64,000 nt of DNA from the human T2T-CHM13v2.0 reference genome, Homo sapiens: the NCBI RefSeq assembly GCF_009914755.1, contig NC_060946.1. One strand, 5' to 3'. The translations under genes were made by a program, and so were the position numbers. This document shows positions 58,101-64,000 of this stretch, piece by piece. The first letter of the stretch is position 1, and the number at the start of each line of letters is the position of its first letter. The notes below the pieces were generated by a model. The model did no database searches. It was not told the origin of the DNA and saw nothing but the letters and a program-made list of their open reading frames with translations.

Positions 58101-59329
58101 ACTTCTCTCAAAGAACTTAAAATATATCAGAAGGCTGAAATGCCCTTGGCCACCACTGCAGTCTTAAGCTTCCTTCTCAGAAGGATCCATCATCTTCAGT
58201 TTGGTGTATATCCTTCTCTATCTTTTTCTATATGTATATATCATAAACATATACATGTACTTGTAGCAAATATATAGCATATTTGTGAGATTTTTAAAAA
58301 CATAAATTATATAATTACATGTAATGCTTTTCATAAATTTTTACAATATACTTCTTTCCCTCAGCAATACACCTTGGAGATCTTTCCTTACCAGTATGCA
58401 TAAGTTCATCTCATTCTTTGTAATTCCTGCACAAGCTGCCATGCTTTATTTAACTATAGTGTCTTTATTTCACTTTTAGGTGCTTTCCAGATATTTGATA
58501 TTAACTTGTCAAGCTTTGAAAAACACACATTCTTATAAACATGGGTAAATGATTCTCTGGATCAAAGGGCATTTGCATTTTAAACTCTAATAGATATGAG
58601 TGTCCTTTCTGCTAGGAGACTGTATCATAGTAGAGAACAGGACTCCTATTTATACCCGCTCCCATATTACCTGGTGCATGGGAAGACCCAATAAATGAGC
58701 CTCTTGGATATATCCCATTTGACTGAGAAAGAAGGTCACTCTAAAAACAGAAGAGAGGGAGAAAGCAGTCTTCTGCCAACAAAATAAAAGCATTCCCCAC
58801 ATTATTTATAAGGGGACGTCAACTCAAGAGAAATACACCTAAAGCGTTATGATTTACAGCCTAGGAATCATGCTGCTGCCGCTGATAAGTGCAAGCGCTT
58901 CTGGAGACGAAGACACTAAATTACCTTTGTGGCCACAGAGAGGGAGTTTATGGGCTGGATGGTGGCAGTCACACTTTGTTCAGGAGTTTCTCTTAACATC
59001 TGGCCGCAAGTGGTGCCTGGGCTGTCCAGGGTCTGGCATGCTTACGTCAGTCCCTGCTGCATGCCTGGCCTCTCCTTCTCGCTCTCCTTCCACTGCTCTG
59101 TGGATGAGAGTGCGAGGGCAGTGAGGCTCTCCCAACTTCTTCTTACCCTGACAACACATTGGGCTTCCTGAGCAGGGTCTAAGCCTCATTTCTTTCTAGA
59201 TCCTCACCCCAAGCCCAGTAAAACCCTAGCCATGGTCACTCACCCTGTTCTGCAAGGTCCACATGCTGACAGGCATGACGACCTAGCTGTAGAGACTGCC
59301 AAGGTATTGTCATCGGGCAGTCGCTGTTC

Positions 59330-60610
59330 TCATTTCCTGGGCAATTATTCCAAACCATCCTGACTTCCCTCTGATCTCTCCCCATCACTCTCAGGAGGCA
59401 ACTCCACTTCTGTTTCATTCAAAGTAAAATAATAATGCCTTTAACTTCTGCTGTGATGTATATGCATTCATCTCTATTTGCCCCCATATTCCCTCTGGTC
59501 TCAGAAGATGAGGTCCAGTCCTGCCCTGTCTGAAGCTAATTGGGATCCAGGACTTCTTTCTCCCTAAAACACTCTGATTCATCTAGTGTCACCTCTGTCT
59601 CTTGTGTCCTCAACTTTCCTTGTTTCAGTTCTTCCCCCAGAGGTTATAAACAGCTGAGGTCCTCCCCATCCTAACCATGTCCTCATCCATCACCTTGCTG
59701 TCCTATTGAGTTACTGTTTTTCCTTCCTTTTGATTCGAGCTTCTCAGACGTGTTGTTAATAGGTACCATCTTCACTTACTCCACATTCATGCCTCAATTT
59801 ACTACAGCCCAGAGACTGCTCTGCCACTCCATTGAAACCTTTCTCACTGTGTCAGCAGCTTCCAGAGACACAAATCAGGGGACATTCTCTAGTCTTTATA
59901 TTTTCCTGGACTTTTCCCCACTGTTGAACATTTCATGGAACTCTATCTGCTTGGCCTTGACAAGATTTCTGCTCCTTGGTTCTCCTCAAACTTCTCTTCC
60001 CTGGTCTTTGCCTCACGACCTTATCTCCAAATGCCAGGGTTCACAGGTTACTGCCCTCACTTGGCTGATTCTCTCTCCACCTGATAGCTGGCAATTCTCC
60101 TTTTGTGATTTTGGCTCTGCAGCTTTCAGCAGGTGACCCCCAAATACAGATGAACGTCTTTATATTCTCCCAAGTTTTAAATTTATGTATGTTATCTTAT
60201 TGTCTATACTGATCACCAACCAGGTATCTCCCTGATGTTTTAACTCAGCATGTCCAAGAGGAAACTCATCCTGCCCCACCAGCCCTGTGTTATCAGGATC
60301 ATTGAGTGGTTCTGTTATTCATAAAGCACCACGTTGGAGCCCTTGTTATCTTAGGTTATCATTCCCCTCTCTCATCCCCATATTCAACGAATCCGTAAGT
60401 CTTGTATTCTACCCCCCACCCAAACAAATACTCTTTCTGCTTCTCTCCATCCCCCACTGCCAACACCTTTAAGTCAAGCTACCATAATTGTGCTCCTAGA
60501 CTCTGGCAAAGACCTTTCAACTCCACCCTCCTTTAGTCCATCCTCTATACTTTAGCCAGTTTGATTCCTCTAAAAGGAAAATCTGGTTTCAGTGGCTCCT
60601 CATTGCCTAC
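59330..60610 (-). mobile_element. Ancient L2 remnant
   Basis: Pyrimidine-rich diverged sequence with L2-like motifs (actcagcatgtcca...aactcat; cagtggctcctcattgcctacag). Confidence 0.6.
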
Positions 60611-63099
60611 AGCAGGGGTCCCAGAGTGCAGGTTGAGGGCAGAAGCATGTGGTGGGCTCAGAGAGTTCAACAGGGCCTGACCAGCGGGCCTGGAAAACAT
60701 ACTTCAAGAAAGTAAAGGGTAGATCTGTTTTCTAATACAACCTCTCCTTTACTAGTTCCTGACTATGAGCAAGTTACAGTCTCCGAGTCTCAGCCCCTCC
60801 ACCGTTAAATAGACTTTAATAATATTCCCTTTGCAGAGCTGAAGAATTAACAACTGTAGCAAATTAGCACTCTAGAGTGCTCATTGGAAGGCCTGCCACC
60901 AAGTTGGTGTTTAATAAGCAGAAACTCCCTTCCATCCTCTGTCCTTCATCCCAGAGCAGGCCAGGTAATGCTGCTGTGCCAAAGGCATGGATGCTGACAG
61001 GCAGGACCAGGGAAAACTAGGACTGGGTGCTCCACATACCAGAGATTGCAGAAGTGGGCTAAACTCACAGCAGAAAACCATGAGCACAACAGAAAACCTC
61101 TTGGCAGTGAAAGTGGAGTTTTGGTGAGCTCAGTTTTAAATATGTTAAACTTCGTGTGTTTGGGGACATCCAAAGAGAATTGTCCAGAAGCTTTTTAAAC
61201 TCTGACCTGGAGCCCTAAGGAGATACCAAGAAACCTCTGCGTAATGTTAGGATTCTTATGAGTGTAGATGACATAAAACCCATCAACCTGGCCAGAGTAA
61301 GAAGGAGCATTTATTGTTTCCTGTAGCTGGGAAACCAAAAAGGAAAATCTAGCTTCAGGCATTACTAGATCCAGGAATTCAAAAATGATCATGGGGATTT
61401 GGTTCCCCACCAACCTCTCTGCTCTGCTGTCTTCTATGTTGGTTTCCTTCTGGGGCAACAAGATGGCGGCTAACAGCTCCAAACTCATGCCTGCACCATT
61501 CTGAGTCCAGTAGTAAAGAGAATTTCTCTCTTCTTCACAGTTTTCACAAAAAATGCAAGCCTGAGTGAGCCTGAACCAGTCAGAATGGACAAGGGGACTG
61601 AAGGAGCCTCTTACCTTTGGCCTAAGTCAGTCTTCTCACCTGGCTCTTGGAAATTCCCACCAAACCATGAGAACATGAAGGGAGGAGGGGTTCCCCAAAG
61701 GACAATGAAGGGCCTTACCTGAAGCAGGAGAATGAGGACTTGGTAGATGAAAACTATAAGCATAGAAAATGTTTTCCACCAAGGGGGAAGCTGAATGAAC
61801 TACAGGAATGGGCAAGACTATGAAGAGAAAGAATGGTGGGGAGGAAGGAAACTTATTAAAGTGTTTGGGGTCCCCATTCAGTAACCTTGGGAAATCTAAC
61901 TAAAATGGTGTCTCCTGATCAGAGACTTTATTTATCCCTAAATTTCAATGGCCAATCTATCATCACATAATTAGTGATGCTGTGCTTTGAATTTATTACC
62001 AAGCCTGGCTTTCTGCTGTTGCTATTGGACTTGTACCATATTGCAATGTGAGCATGGAGATTATTGTATAAATTATTCTCACTCACATAATCATCGTGAT
62101 TTTAATTACTGTGTAATCTTTGCTAATTACTGTTGTATGTATCATTTGCTTTGGTGCCGATTTAACACAACTGCTTTTCGTTTGGCTAAAAGATGGCATT
62201 ACAACTTTTCCTTTTTGCAGGAGAAAATTTGCTTTCTGTAAACATTTGCAGCCCCAAACTCTTGGCTTGCAGTTCTTGGTTTAAAAGGAAAGATCCAGAC
62301 CCTACCACCAGCCCTGTTTGTTTTTATTTGGGATAAGGCTGGCTTGAATAAGTAAAAAGGTCTAAATTACACAGTATTGTCTTTAAAAAAACAGTTGCGT
62401 TACTTTCAAAGAAGGGCAATTACTCTACTACAGACAGGAAGCCAAAGATGGGTCATGTGAGGGCTGCTTAAATGATGAGATAAGACTCGTTTGTAATTAG
62501 TTCATTAATTATGGATATGTGAATAAATGGTACTTAGCTTTAAAAAACAGCTCGTTCCCAAAGTGGGGTAAGCATCTGATGCTAATCTTATTTCAATAGT
62601 ACATTTATTTACTGGTCTCGGCATTCTTAGAAATGGAGCTCAGGATAATTTTAATCCATCCTGGAAATACTTAATGAAAGGGCCTCTCATGAATATGGTT
62701 TTATGTCTTCCTAGGACATAAGGAGTCTTTTTAGTTTTATCAGTATTAGGAAGATTAGTGGAAAAGATTTTGAAACTGAATGCACAGAAATATTAAATGC
62801 AAACACATTAACCATGGACCAAAGGCCTGAGCAAGTGAAAACAGGTGAAGTCTGAATGTAGACACAGGATTTATCCTTAGGACCCAAATCCCTCTCAGAC
62901 AGGTATTTATAGGAAGGAAGGCTGTTTCCTGTCTAGAACTCGAGGTCTTGGATGGTAGGTCTATGGACCTTTTAGAAAATTTGAGGTTCACCTAAGCTGC
63001 AAGTTTGTAGAAAACTATTTGGATACATCGTTGATGGTTCAGAACATTCTTTTAAAATCTGTGGTTCTCTGATTAAGCTAAGGTTTTGTTACGCAAATT

Positions 63100-64000
63100 T
63101 ACCATTGAAATATATATACAGGAAAGTGGATCTTGAGGAAATTTTCAAAAAATTGATCATACCTAATTAATTTGTAATTACTAACAAAATCAAGACTGGA
63201 CCATTACAGTGCCCCTACAACTTCCTTGTGCCCATTCAAGCCACCACCTCCTCCTTCCTCAAAGAAACCCACCATCCTGACTTCTAACACTGTATATTAG
63301 ATATGCCCCTTTTTGAACTGTGTAAATGGAAGCATCCAGTATGTCCTCTTTTGTGTCTGGCCTCTTTCTTTCGATATTTTTTCAAGATGCATCTACACTG
63401 TTGCATGTAGCAGTAATTCATTTATTTTCATTGCTCTATAGTCTATGTCAGTGGTTCTCAACTGGAGGCACTTCTGCACCACTACCCATCTCAACAGGGG
63501 ACAGCTGGCAATGTCTGGAGACATTTTTGGCTGTCATGCTACTGGCATCCAATGGGTAGAGTTCAGCGATGCTGCCAAATGTCTTACAATGCACAGGACA
63601 GGCCACATAGAATTATCGGGTCCAAAATGGCAATTATACCACCACTGAGAAACCACAGTCAATAATATGCCATTGTGTGAACATAGAGTAATAATTAATT
63701 TATTCTATTATTAATAGACAATTAGGTTGTTTATGGTTTCCCATGATTATGAATAGTATTACTGTGAACAATCTTGTACACATCTTTTGTTGCATGAATA
63801 TACAGATTTCTGTCGGGCGTATACTCAGCAGTAGAATTGCTAGGTGTGTTTTCAGCTTTGGTAAATACTGTCAAAACAGTCATTCCAATTTATGTAACCA
63901 TAAGCAGTGAATGAATGTTCTGGTTGCTCTAAATCCTTGCCAACGCCTGGTTTTGTTATTTAAAAAATTAGCTATTCTAATAGGTGTTAGTAGTTTCAAA
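63100..64000 (-). mobile_element. Old L1 (L1ME-type) fragment interrupted by MER20 (~63448-63657)
   Basis: L1 antisense motifs (ttgtgtctggc...; ttccaattta...cagtgaatgaatgttctggttgctc); MER20 termini cagtggttctca...tgagaaaccacag. Confidence 0.72.

Overview
Human (primate) genomic DNA from the 3' part of MYO18B (unconventional myosin XVIIIB), transcribed on the + strand. Six coding exons were read directly from the sequence: 602-685, 2541-2678, 5434-5619, 42630-42760, 53534-53578 and 54987-55124. All have AG/GT boundaries and compatible phases, and they splice into one continuous frame covering the end of the coiled-coil tail and the start of the Ser-rich C-terminal extension. From recall these are about exons 37-42; that numbering is unverified. 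The rest (about 99%) is intron, including one 37-kb intron, filled with Alu, MIR, L2, L1, MaLR/ERVL LTRs, hAT and mariner-derived MITEs and microsatellites. An antisense, 3'-truncated 7SK retropseudogene also lies in that intron. Almost all supplied ORFs are repeat-derived or chance. No new multi-gene system is evident. The most unusual observations are: a 51-bp tandem duplication fused to a palindrome that gives two mutually exclusive long hairpins (54.1 kb); a 300-bp locally templated insertion inside an MST LTR; a tailless 7SK copy primed by microhomology; an inverted chimeric Alu; an in-frame alternative acceptor covered by tandem RBFOX motifs; a CpG-rich 41-codon smORF; and several enhancer-like motif clusters. 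Repeat subfamily names come from recalled consensus sequences, and repeat boundaries are approximate.
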